Shown here in pieces: positions 24,506 to 36,485 of a stretch of DNA of 64,000 bases. This DNA comes from Octopus sinensis. Lineage: Eukaryota. Within the stretch, counting starts at the first letter, position 1, and each line of letters starts with the position of its first letter. Where the stretch lies: contig NC_043007.1 in assembly GCF_006345805.1 (NCBI RefSeq), positions 23,312,001 through 23,376,000 of the forward strand. The letters run 5' to 3'. A program made the position numbers and the translations under genes. The notes under the pieces are model-generated. The model was given only the letters and a program-made list of their open reading frames with translations, ran no database searches and was not told the DNA's origin.

Positions 24506-24697
24506 TATAATTCTTTCTACAAGGCCTGGAATTGTGGGGGAGGGAGACCCCAATGCTCAAAAAATACCCCTTTTAGTGACACGGAAAGGATGAAAGATAA
24601 AGTCGGCTTCGACGACATTTGAACTCAGAACGTGAAGGCGGATGAAATGCTGCTAAACATTTTGTCCGGCGTGCTAATTACGACAGCTCGCCGCCTT
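24506..24697 (-). mobile_element. SINE E/B-type, diverged
   Basis: GGATGAAAG..AAAGTCG..TTTGAACTCAGAACG...CAGCTCGCCGCC. Confidence 0.7.
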
Positions 24698-25119
24698 AGT
24701 AATAATGATGGCTTCTGATTTAAGTACAAACCCAGCAAAAATCGAGGTGAGTTAGTCAATTAAGACTACCCCCAGCATGTTCATGCTGCTGTCCGGTCTT
24801 AGTAGCTGGGAAATACTGGCCTCGTTAAAATCGGTATTAAATCCAAGTTTACTTATATAAAACTTTATTGAAATTACACCCAAGACCACAAAAGAAATGA
24901 AGGAGATGGTGTTGTAAGACCCAGTAGCGTAGCAAAAATATGTGCCGCCCGGAGCTTCTCTTGAGCTTTTCACCCCATCCCGTCCATCGCTCCTTCTACA
25001 CGCTTCTACAGCAAACCCAAAAGTGCTGCACCACAACAAAAGCATCGCCCGGACTAGACCGTTACCATCGCTCCGAACCCTACTAGCTTCGCAATTCCTA
25101 AAACCTCGCACGTAAATTC

Positions 25120-25248
25120 TTTTTTCTCCTTCTCCACCTCCTCCTTCTTTTTCTTCTTCCTCTTCTTCCTCTTCTTTTTCCTCTCCTTCCTCTTCTGCTG
25201 CTGCTACTATTGCTGCCGCTACCACTGCTGTTACTGCTGCTGCTGCTG

Positions 25249-25309
<61 letters not shown>

Positions 25310-25325
25310 GCTACTGCTACTTCAA
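25120..25325. repeat. (TCT/CCT)n, (CTG)n, (CTA)n microsatellites
   Basis: Direct reading. Confidence 0.9.
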
Positions 25326-26724
25326 GTACAATCACTTGCTGTTGCTGTTGTATTTTCAGCACCAAAATTTGTCCGATTAAGGAAGAAATTGACAAAGATG
25401 GGTGAGTGTTGAAGTATTATTTTTTTTAACCGTTTCTCTTCAGCATTAACGTCATAGTATTACTGCCCGTAAGTAATAATAAAAAGAACAATTGTTTCGT
25501 TCATTTGTCGCTAGTACCAACCAGATCATTCTAATAAAACCTGCTACAAAGAGAGTCAACAAGATGTCTGGAGGGCTACAAACGATTATGTAAAAACGAG
25601 GGTGGAAAAATGATGATTATTCAATATAGATATATATATTTATGTATGTGTGTGTGTGTTTATGTATGTGTGTGTGTGTTTGTGCATATATGCTTTCTAC
25701 AATCTTTCTAAAATCTTCTTCAAATCACACTACTTTGATAGTGGAGAGAAAGAAAATTGTCATTAGATTAATGTAGTCTCTGTACGCAATGGAGGGGAAT
25801 AAACTATCTGGGATGATCATGGCTAAAATGCGTTTGGTCATAGATCGGCTTGATCAGGAATGACCTGGGGTTATATGTAAAACACCTACTATTATGCAAG
25901 TTACTTTCCGTCTTGTAGTTTTATTGGTATTATTGCTGCTACTGGTGGGGATGATGATGATGATGATGAGGAGGATGATCAAGATCATGATGAAGATGGT
26001 AATGATGATATTGACGATGATGACAATGGTGGTGATGCCGACGACGATGGCTAGGATAATGGTGATGGTGATGGTGATGGTGATGGTGATAATAATGATG
26101 AAGATGTGGTGGCGGTGATAATAACGGTACAGGTCCGATCATGAACCAATCAAATGAAGCAACACAAAGCAGAAACGAAGGAACAGTGTTCCGAACTAAT
26201 TGATAGTATTGTGTTAATTGAGAAAAAGAAGTGAGAGAAGGAGAAAGACAGAGAGAGAGAGAGATAGAGATAGAGAAAGAGAGAGAGAGAGCAATTACTA
26301 GATGCTAAAGCTTGTTGTAGATGATGATATGGATGTTGTTGCCGTTGTTATTCGTTTTGCTGAATCGTTGTTGCTGTGAGGCCTTGATCAAGACTGTTAT
26401 AGTTGTTGTTGTTGTGTTGTTGCTATTGTTGTTGTGTAGCCGTGATCAAACGTATTATTGTTGTTGCCTTGATCAGAAATGTTGACAGAACTTTTGCTTT
26501 CGTTTTCTGGCTGTTGTTAAAGAAAAGTTGTTGTTGTGAACCCTTGATCGGACCTGTTATGTTGTTGTTGCCACCATTGTTTTCGTGGATTCATTGTTGT
26601 TGATCAGACCTGTTATGGTTGCTATTGTTGTTTAGCCCAAAGTCATCCATAATTGAGCAGATCTATGATCAAAGCCATCTTAGACATGATAAACCAGTCT
26701 CTGTTATGTTCTGGAGAGTTTTGT

Positions 26725-26925
26725 TTACCTCCGCCAAGGAAGGAGGTTATGTTTTCAATGGTGTTGGTTTGTCCATCTGTCTGCCTTTGTGCAAAATAAC
26801 TCAAAAAGTTGTGAACGGTATTTGATGAAACTTGCAGGAAAAGTTGATAATGACACACGGAACAGATAATTAACTTTTGGTAGTGATCCAGTAATTTTTA
26901 TGGATTCTTGAAGGATTTTTCCTTT
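26725..26925 (+). mobile_element. Helentron-associated non-autonomous element (HINE-like) remnant
   Basis: Starts TTACCTCCGCCAAGGAAGGAGGTTATGTTTT (ACCTCC/GGAGGT hairpin), followed by GTCTG-type repeats, the typical HINE layout. Confidence 0.6.
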
Positions 26926-27313
26926 GTTATATTTACTTTACAAGAAGTATTACAATGTTACGTTCTTTGATTATCTCCCTTGAAAACACATTGTTTCCAC
27001 GTAACCTATGGTGGCGTTGCTGTTTAGAGACAGTGATGATGATGTCGATGGTCGAGATAAGAATGAATCGATCCAAGTGCTTATTTTTTAAGCCTGGTAC
27101 TTATTCTATCGGCGTCCTTTGTCGAACCGCTAGGCTTCAAGGATGCAAATACACTAACACCGGTTGTCAAGAGGTGGTGGTAGTGGTGGGACAAACACAG
27201 ACAGATCGATAAAATAAGTACCGGTTGATCACTGAGGTTTGTGTAATCGACTACCCCTTTCCAGAAATTGCTGGCCTTGTGGCAAAATTTGAAACAATAT
27301 TTCCCTGTTTGTT

Positions 27314-27530
27314 AGGCGGAGAGCTGGAAGAATCGTTAGCACGTCGGGCAAAATGCTTAGCAGCAATTCGTCTGTCTTTACGTTCTGAGTTCAACTTCAG
27401 CCAAGGTCAACTTTACCTTTCATCCTTCGGGGTCGATAAAATAAGTAGCAGTTTATCATTGAAGTCGATGTAATCGACTACCCCCGTTCCCCAAAATTGC
27501 TAGCCTTGTGCCAAAATTGGAAACCCAATA
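27314..27530 (+). mobile_element. SINE E, full length
   Basis: Head AGGCGGAGAGCTGG, core, tail GCCTTGTGCCAAAATTGGAAACC; a core+tail fragment also at 27204-27300. Confidence 0.85.
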
Positions 27531-27789
27531 TCTCCCTATTTGTTGTAAGTTCTTGAGTTCATATCCTAACGATGTCGACTTAGCCCTTCATCTAACCAGG
27601 ATCAATTAAATAAAATCCCAGAAAAGTACTGGAATCGATGTAACTGAGTATAATACTCCCGACCCGACACAAACAAAACACAAATGATGGCCTTGGCCAA
27701 TGTGAAGAAATCAATATTATCGATGTTACTGATCATGGTGTTTTGTTGTTGTTCTATAAAGAGTGGATAATTACTGAACGATTGAACTG

Positions 27790-28091
27790 TAGATTGAATG
27801 AGTTTTGTCGGTTCGATTTTGTTACTGGTTTTATTTCTTAATCTGTGCAGGAAGAGCAGCGCTCATGACTTAGCTGTAGGACCTTCGAGATTAGTGAGTG
27901 CAAAAAAAAGAATAAACAACAATTTGTGGCGAAAGAGTACAGCAGGGATCGCCACCACCCCCTGCAGGAGCATTGTGGAGCCTTAGGTGTTTTCGCTCAA
28001 TAAACACTCACAACGCCCGGTCTGGGAATCGAAACCGCAATCCTACGACCGCGAGTCCGCTGCCCTAACCACTGGGCCATTGCGCCTCCAC
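27790..28091 (-). mobile_element. tRNA(Arg)-like-headed SINE (related to family C)
   Basis: Minus GTGGAGGCGCAATGGCCCAGTGGTTAGGGCAGCGGACTCGCGGTCGTAGGATTGCGGTTTCGATTCCC with A and B boxes; the left boundary is approximate. Confidence 0.75.
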
Positions 28092-28098
28092 ATATATA

Positions 28099-28174
<76 letters not shown>

Positions 28175-28317
28175 GTGTGTGTGTACGGATTTTAGGTTAG
28201 TTAGATTATGTTTGTGACATTTGGACATTTAAAAGCAAATACCGCAGAGAAAGAATGTTCGCTTATGGTAAAAGGCGTAAAAAACAATATCTTATTAGTA
28301 TCTTTCCCTATGGGCTC

Positions 28318-28354
28318 CCAGACGCGTTTCTGGCTCCTTGACCCTCATCAGTAT
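28318..28354 (-). ncRNA. Degenerate minimal hammerhead ribozyme-like motif
   Basis: Minus ATA-CTGATGA-GGGTCAAGGAGCCA-GAAA-CGCGTC-TGG: intact core and ACGCGT palindromic stem III, weak stems I and II. Confidence 0.5.
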
Positions 28355-29723
28355 TGAAACCGAAGAGAGGCAACTCTAGACAGATTCTAAAGCAGAAAGC
28401 TTTATCTTAGAAAAGTCAATGTCAGTGACTGATTGTGCTCGGGAGTCACCTAGTAAGAATAAACACAGCAGTATCAGCGCTAAATACTAATGAGAAATAA
28501 ATTAACTGTTTTTACACCTTTTACCACAAGCGAAATGGGGGTTTTTTTCCGTATGGTAATTGCAGCGAATTTGACTTTAGAATTTATGTCACAAACATAT
28601 TTTAACTAACCTAAATTTCTAAATTTCGCTTATCTTTCATCATTGCTTAGCGCTGATACTACAGTGTGTGTGTGTGTAAGTGTGCGGATAGATAGATAGA
28701 TAGATAGAGAGAGAGTGAAATAGAGAGAAAACTTACTATTATATTTTAGAAAGCTGTGATTCACTATCGAGTACTGTGACGAGGGTCAGAGAAAATGCAC
28801 GTCGCTTATAGAGATACATTTGAACATATGCTAATAGAGAACTACTGTCAGCAGTTTTTATTGACAGCAAACACTGTCGAAAAATATCCCTGTAACATAC
28901 ATCATTTGTTATAACTGAGCCGGAGACCTAGTTTGAATGCTTGTAATGGATCGGAAACTACCAAAAACACACAGTGTTGTGTGGGGGTGTTAAACCGGGT
29001 AGCAGATTAGGTCTTTTGTGATGTTTGCAAACGCACAAAATCAACACGATCTATTACGGACACTGTTAGTTAATACCCATTAGTGATGGAACGGTACAGC
29101 GTTCAAATCACTCCTAGTGTTTAAGATTGTTACTTTATTGAATAACGGTACCTTCCGTGTTATCGGCGTCAGCGCTGCCAAAAGCTTATTGAAAAGACAG
29201 ATGAAAATCCTTTGGACACAGAGGGCTTCCGACATTGCGATAGATTCAGCAGGAGGGCTTGCAATACCTCTGAGAAGCTCCTGCAATTTCTGCATGGACT
29301 TACAGCAACTCCGATGTTTATTTCACCTGTCAATCGTTGGTGGTAATATTTTGTTTATCAGAGTATCGAGGGGAAAAGTAAAGATTAATAACATCTTTAA
29401 AAAAATCATTCACAGCTTAAAAGTTCCTAGATTTATTATGTTCACTTTCTTCAAAGAAGAGCCAATTGCTTGAAAGCCACGACTTAGAAACCTATAGTAT
29501 TTTACAAATTTTATTTTATTTAAATGCTGTATCATGTTCGTCCGCAGTTTTTCCATTGGCCTACTATCTACAAATCATATGTCTGCTCTATCAGGATTGA
29601 ACTAGTGATATAACAACCTAATTCATCGACATATTTCTTCACCAAATGTCATTTATTGTTATTTTAAAGGCAGTAAATGTCTCAGTGAAAAGTGCTTCGT
29701 TTATACATCATAGAAACTATCTA

Positions 29724-29959
29724 TTGGGTCGTCCGGAAAGTTCGTGCCGATTTATACTAGCTTACCTTTCGACTTATTTTAGAACATGGTTAAATCCATT
29801 AAATAGGATTTGACATGGTTGAGTCCATAAAATAGGAAAGATGGATACGCATTGTGCAACAAAAAGGTTCATATTTGGTTGATTAAAAATGTAATGGCAA
29901 GTATTTATTGACCTTTTTCTGTCCTTTAAAGATCGGCACGAACTTTCCGGACAACCCAA
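29724..29959 (+). mobile_element. Internally deleted mariner (MITE), 236 bp
   Basis: TIRs TTGGGTCGTCCGGAAAGTTCGTGCCGAT / ATCGGCACGAACTTTCCGGACAACCCAA; TA TSDs; from 29836 ERWIRIVQQKGSYLVD* matches the mariner transposase C-terminus. Confidence 0.9.
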
Positions 29960-30163
29960 TAGTTTGGTGAATTGTACTTAGAAATGCTGATGTTCATGAC
30001 TTTCAATGACCATTTGTAAAGGGAGGTAGCTTTTAAAACTTGATTTGTAAAGGGAAATAGTTTCTAAACTCCTACGTAGTCCTGACCTGCTAAAACTAAC
30101 TAAATCTCACCACAACTAATCTGCAGCACCATGCAGTCTTTGGTTGCCTTTAACTGAGTTCAG

Positions 30164-30577
30164 GGATCTTTTCGGTTTGAACGGCAGTTTTTAACATAAT
30201 TTCTAGGTAACTAAAAAATTTTTAACTTCGTATTCTGGTAGACTGTGTTTATAAAACATCTTTTTCTCTTGGCTTTATTGAAAAAATTCTATAGTTTGTA
30301 AGATATTTGTTGTTTTTTCTTCAATTTCTGCAATTCCAACCAATCAGTGACGTCTATTGAGTTAAAAAGCATTCTGTGCCGTATGAATATGTCCCTCGTT
30401 TAAGAAACACATTGGGTTTATTTACATTTGTGAAGAAAAAAAGATACCCTTCCCCCACCGCTAACCCTAACCCTAAAAGAGATTGAAATGCAATAGATCG
30501 ATTCTAGATTCATGATTATGGGTGACAATTTCATATGACACCGCTAGAAAAAACTGCAGTTCAAACCGAAAAGATCC
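30164..30577 (-). mobile_element. Second copy of the TTAGGG-bearing hAT MITE, opposite orientation
   Basis: Same TIRs; TSD GAGTTCAG/AAGTTCAG; CTAACCCTAACCCTAA at 30461-30476. Confidence 0.85.
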
Positions 30578-30689
30578 AAGTTCAGTCTGTTACAGGTAGT
30601 TGAGCCTATGTTTTTCCTGTAGACATTGACTTACTGATGATCAGCCTCTTCAACCTCACCAGTAATTAGGGTTTGCAAGGGTTGTAGGC

Positions 30690-30944
30690 TAATGGTTTCC
30701 AACCAGGGTCCGTATGGACAGTGAAAGTCCAGATAAGATTTTGATGTAAAAATTTATCTCCAATAAATTGGTCATACTTCTACAATACACAAATTGTTTT
30801 AATGATTATTTATATACAATTCCTAATAATATTTAATCATAAAAATATAATAGGATTTTTTAAAACATCGAATGGTCTAGAGGGTCCACCCGAGTAAAAC
30901 AGGAATCAAAGGGGCCGTAGGTAAAAGTGGTTAAGAACCACTAG
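30690..30944. mobile_element. hAT-like MITE, diverged
   Basis: Ends TAATGGTTTCCAACC / GGTTAAGAACCACTAG resemble CAGTGGTTC-type hAT TIRs; TSD imperfect. Confidence 0.5.
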
Positions 30945-31018
30945 TCATAGGCACTCACCACTTCATTTTGATTAACAAATAAACAAAAAATTTTTAAATT
31001 ACTCAGAGTAAATATTGG

Positions 31019-31230
31019 TTTCGAATTTTGGCCCAAAGTCAGAAATTTCGGGAGAGGAGGCTAATCAATTATATCGACCCCACTGCTTTGTTGGTACTTA
31101 ATTTATCGACATCGAAAGGATGAAAGGCAAAGTCGACTTCGGCGGAATTTGAACTCAGAACGTAAACACGAACGAAATGCCGCTAAGCATTTTTCCAGAG
31201 TACTAACGATTCTGCCAATTCGCGGCCCTA
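31019..31230 (-). mobile_element. SINE E with 18-bp TSD
   Basis: ACTCAGAGTAAATATTGG at 31001-31018 and 31231-31248. Confidence 0.88.
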
Positions 31231-31617
31231 ACTCAGAGTAAATATTGGCTTTGAGACATAAAAAAAAAAGCTTCGGACAAAATAATATGGCAGATATGGT
31301 TTAATATGTGTTTTCATGGGTTATTAGTTTTGCTAGTAACGTAAAACGCTTTCCAGCCAGTGATGTAACTGAGTCGTAACTGTTACTCATCTGGAACTTG
31401 TCTTGCTCTAGAGAAGTCGCCACAGATCGTGTGTAAAGCACACATTAATTGATAACATAGCATATTAGTAAGTAATCTAAAACATTTGCAGAACTCTATG
31501 TAATGTGTGTGTGTGTGTGTGTGTAAAGACATAAATGTGTGAAAGTAACTGTATCTTCCTATTTACAGGCAATTCCAAAATTTATGATTACTCGTGTGAA
31601 TGTCCCTTTAGAAACAT

Positions 31618-31653
<36 letters not shown>

Positions 31654-31798
31654 TACACGTACACACGTACACACACACATGCACACGCACCAACACTTTG
31701 CAGAATTGTATTAATGCATGTATTCGTATTAATGCATGTATTGTATTCGTATGCAAGTGTGTTAATGTGCCTCTGTGTGTGTGTATGTGTGTGTGTGT

Positions 31799-31847
<49 letters not shown>

Positions 31848-32039
31848 TGCGTGCGTGTGTTTAAGTTTGCGCGTATCTTCCTGTCAACCCGCCTGACTAG
31901 ATATATGTAATTATATATACCGTTGGACATTTCATATGCTTAATACCTTCGGACACGCTGATTTCTGAATAGATGTGCGAAAAACAGGCGGTGAACACAT
32001 CACATGAATCCAGTTTATTTTCATTGGTTCTTTTCGCCA

Positions 32040-32194
32040 TTAGTTATATCAAGGATTAGTTATATCATTAGTTATATCAAGGATAGTTATATCATTAGTT
32101 ATATCAAGGATTAGTTATATCATTAGTTATATCAAGGATTAGTTATATCATTAGTTATATCAAGGATTAGTTATATCATTAGTTATATCAAGGA
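32040..32194. repeat. Minisatellite, 28-bp higher-order unit (16+12 bp alternating), 5.5 copies
   Basis: TTAGTTATATCAAGGA alternates strictly with TTAGTTATATCA. Confidence 0.92.
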
Positions 32195-32824
32195 AATTAT
32201 ACATATATATATATATATATCATTTTTGTTTCTTTATTTTCAAAGTCATTTTGCTTTTTGTATTTTTACGTATTTTTATTCATTAGACTATATTCGTCTC
32301 TGCTTTGACTTTTTTTTATTCGTCTTTCTGCTTTTTTTTATTCATCTTTCTGCTTCTTTTTTCCTTTTTTTCTTTCTTTGTCGTGTTTTGTGATATCAAG
32401 TCATGCAAGCTCTAAATAAAATAAGCTTGTACTTAAATAAACTCTCACAAGCAGTTGAGGAATTGTCAAATAAATGATATTCGTTTAACCAAATCGAACA
32501 TTGCGGACCACTTCTTCAAAGGTAGGATATGTCACGACTTTTAAGGGTTCTCTAGTGAGAGAGGGGATTTAGAACTTCATGTAAACAGAAGACAATGCAA
32601 CGTATGGAAATGGTCACAATAACTCACAGAAATTATATTATGTACCTCTCTGTCTGTCTATCTATCTATCTAACTATCTATCTATCTATCTATCTACTAT
32701 CTATCTATCTGTCTGTCACTCTATTTATCTAGCTCGCTAGCTGTCTGTGTATCATTCTATCAATGTATCTATCAGTGTAACTATGTGTCTGTCTGTCTAC
32801 CTGCCTTCTATGTTTGTCTGTCTG

Positions 32825-32903
<79 letters not shown>

Positions 32904-33127
32904 CGTTTATCTATCTATCTGCCAGTCTGTGTGTCTGTCTATTTATCTACAAACCTATTTCTGACTATTTGTCTTTCTATTTGTCACTGTCTTTAATCTG
33001 TCTACCTATCTATCGATCTATCTAACTGTCTGTCTTTCTCTATGTATGTATGTATGATGTATGTATGTAGTATGTATGTATGTATTATGTATGTATGTAT
33101 GTATGTCGCAGTTGAACAAAATGTTCT

Positions 33128-33291
33128 TATTTGTTTATTGCCCACAAGGGGCTAAACATAGAAGGGACAAACAAGGATAGACAAAGGAATTAAGTCGATT
33201 ACATCGACTCCAGTGTGTAACTGGTACTTAATTTATCGACCCCAAAAGGATGAAAGGCAAAGTCGACCTCGGCGGAATTCGAACTCAGAAC
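33128..33291 (-). mobile_element. SINE B, 5'-truncated
   Basis: Core and tail. Confidence 0.85.
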
Positions 33292-33636
33292 TAAAATGTT
33301 CTAACAGAATAAATAACCAGATGTCACAGATTATGATACACGAGTGCTGTCATTGAAGAATCTGAATGAAACTGTTGTTGCTGTTACGGTTATTATCCTT
33401 GTTGCCTAGCCCTTTGTCAACCTCAGAAAAGGCAGGTATATAACCACAGACACTCCAGCTACTGCCATACTAATATGTTTTTATTCAAACATATCCACGA
33501 TTCCATTACTCAATGTGTCCTTCTCTTGTTTAAGTCGCAAGGATCTCTTATGAGAAACAGAAAGGGAATCGGTTACTATTTCGAGCTGCTCAAGGAACTA
33601 CATAGAGGATTTCCTCTTTGGTACAAGAGTCCTAAA

Positions 33637-33881
33637 AAATAATAAATGCGCCCTTTTAAAGCCTAGCTAGGCTCATGGGCTCGGTTTCCCGGTTTCTATG
33701 GCGTATGTATTCCCCAGTCCATCGCAGCGTTACTCATTTTTGCCAGTTGAGTGTACTGGGGCAACGTGAAATGAAGTGTTTTGCTCAAGAACACAACGCG
33801 TCGCCCGGTCCAGGAATCGAAACCACTATCTTACTATCATGATGCTGACACCCTAACCACTAAGCCACGCGCCTCCACACC
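33637..33881 (-). mobile_element. tRNA-derived SINE family C
   Basis: Reverse complement of 58994-59251; TSD AGAGTCCTAAA. Confidence 0.88.
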
Positions 33882-34158
33882 AGAGTCCTAAAGTATTTAG
33901 ATAAACGGAAACCACAACATCCTGAAATTAATACATTCACCTTACTTATTTCACTCATAGTATCACAGAATTTTCATTGGTATAATTCTTGTTGTTCAAT
34001 TTCATTAATTTATTCTCACCCTTTACCTATCTCTAATTATTGCTGTTTGTATTGTTTCCTGCTCTGAAAAAAGTCGCTCTTTGGCCGAAGTATCAGCATG
34101 TTCTATATGAAGTACATGCTAAATACGGCACTTGTATCACCCTTTTATGTTGTTGTTG

Positions 34159-34190
<32 letters not shown>

Positions 34191-34380
34191 GTTGCTGCCG
34201 CTACCACTACTGCTATTAAAAATTACTGTGCATCTGTTCAGACAACGTCGATTTGATGGAGAGAGTGAGCTAATGTGCAGCACGAACCTTTGGACATTAT
34301 AAACATTATTTGTACAGGTCGTTCGGTAAAAGCTGAATGCTCATACATCGTCTTCGACGGAGAGTCCATTATTATTATTA

Positions 34381-34419
<39 letters not shown>

Positions 34420-34432
34420 ATTATTATTATTA

Positions 34433-34990
34433 TTGAGTAAGAGAGCAGCGCATGCCATCAAAGGGACACTGGGGCACAAATATACAAAGCCCAATATACC
34501 CATCATGACTATCGCCTGATAAGGGTAAACAAGGCACATGCAACACAACCATAAGCGCGCGACATGATGATCTCATATCAAGATAAATAGCGCATAACCT
34601 TGCAGGTGGGGCCCAGTTAAAATTTTTTACTGGTTGAATAGCCAACCCCGCTCAAAAGGTCTCTGAATAAGGTTTGTTTAAGGATGATGAACGAAACACC
34701 CTTGTTTCCAGAGGTGATTTATTCAAACCCCAAAGAATTCCTCTCAGCATATGGCTATAATGCACCCCCACCCCAATATTTCTGCTTGTGATCAGTGATG
34801 CGCATATCGTCAACCACTAAGGGACATGCTCAATTGGCTAAGGTCAAGCAACTGACAAGCAAATTTGTTGTATTGAACAGAATATTTGGTGTAATCCATC
34901 TTTGATACGAATGCAAAACATGTACATGATAGCACTTCCAATCAGTTTAGTTAAGATCAAAAGCCATAAGAGTCACTGCCTGGCAATGCA
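34433..34990 (-). repeat. Family D full copy bracketed by (ATT)n
   Basis: Reverse complement of 23380-23937, diverged. Confidence 0.85.
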
Positions 34991-35007
34991 ATTATTATTA
35001 TTATTAT

Positions 35008-35071
<64 letters not shown>

Positions 35072-36257
35072 TACAAAACAGCATAATGTTGACAACCAAA
35101 TCACCAGAGTGCGGAACTAAATGCATAGTTTCAGTTATGAATTCAAATCTTCTTTTGGATTCGCAGTCCTTAGTCCAGGGTGATTACCTTCCCATGGATG
35201 AAATTTCAGAACTACGAAGAAAAATTTTGTGATTCCAGTGGGTAGAATGTTTTTTACGGAGAAAGATTCTTTTAGCATTATTCGTACTCTTTTGATTAGA
35301 TTTATTTCAGTTAATGTTGACTTCATGGCTGTTGATGTCCATGTAACATACGGCTATAAAATAATAAATTGCTTTGTTATCGTGCAATAAATTCTACTGT
35401 ATTCAAGACGAACCGTTGTTAATCATATGCAAAGAGTAAATCACGAAGGTGAATTGGTTCAGGGTGAAGGAGGGACACAATAAAAGAAGATTAATATATA
35501 TTGCAAAAAACAAAAGTACATGAAAATAGTAGGTGCATTTGTTCTATCTTTTCCCTCAAACCCAAAACAAAATGGCTGATGCGTATGGAAGCCGTCATCT
35601 TCCTCATTCATCATCGCATTATCATATTCCTAGGCTTAGCTATTTGGAATATGTTTTCAAAAAATAATTTCTGAGTTGGGTATTTGATTACATAACGCAT
35701 GTCGCCGTTTGCACTTCATCCTGAGAATCTTCCGTGCGGAAATAATAGCATGGTTATTTTATCTTCTGCATTCTAAATCATAAAGCTGTGAAAATGTCGT
35801 TATTTTTTTTTTATTCCAACTAAGTTCTTTGACAACCGTTACTTTTAATTAAAAAAAAAAAAGGCAGGCACTTTTTTCGTGGGAGATATTTTCATTGTTT
35901 TCCCAACTTACGCAAAAATTTACGCACAAAGATATATATAAATATACACGCACACTCCATAAACAAACACACGCGCACGTATAAACGCATATAGCCACAC
36001 ATGTAGAATTATGATGATGTTTAAGCCGACTATTTGTCCATTGAATTAAGTTAAATTCGAATGGCGATCATTACTCATCAAAAGTGTATAACCTGATGGC
36101 TATCTAACTCGTATACTTCACATATTTGCATATACATATGTAAGCATATATATCTACACCAGCACTCATATATATGTGTGTGTGTGTGTGTGTATACATA
36201 TATATATACACCATATATAATATATACATACCCCACATATATATACGTATCTATCTA

Positions 36258-36289
<32 letters not shown>

Positions 36290-36298
<9 letters not shown>

Positions 36299-36485
36299 AT
36301 ATGTTACATTACTCAGTAGTCAAGATAAAACTCTGAGTTTCAGATGCCGAAGTGGAAATCCACAACACCATCTCTTCGGTTATCTGGCCAGATAACCGAA
36401 GAGATGGTGTTGTGGATTTCCACTTCGGCATCTGAAACTCAGAATTTTATCTTGACTACTGAGTAATGTAACATATTATTTTATA
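36290..36485. repeat. Spacerless palindrome, 98-bp arms, one mismatch
   Basis: Centre TCTGG|CCAGA at 36387/36388; the only mismatch is 36331/36444. Confidence 0.95.

Noticed and set aside
28020-28091. tRNA-like sequence with A/B boxes (also SINE heads at 58994 and 60537)
   Set aside because: There is no complete cloverleaf, and it continues into a SINE body, so it is not a tRNA gene.
32040-32194. CRISPR-like appearance of regular repeats (also 26382-26680 and the SINE trimer)
   Set aside because: The context is eukaryotic, with no unique spacers of constant length and no cas genes.
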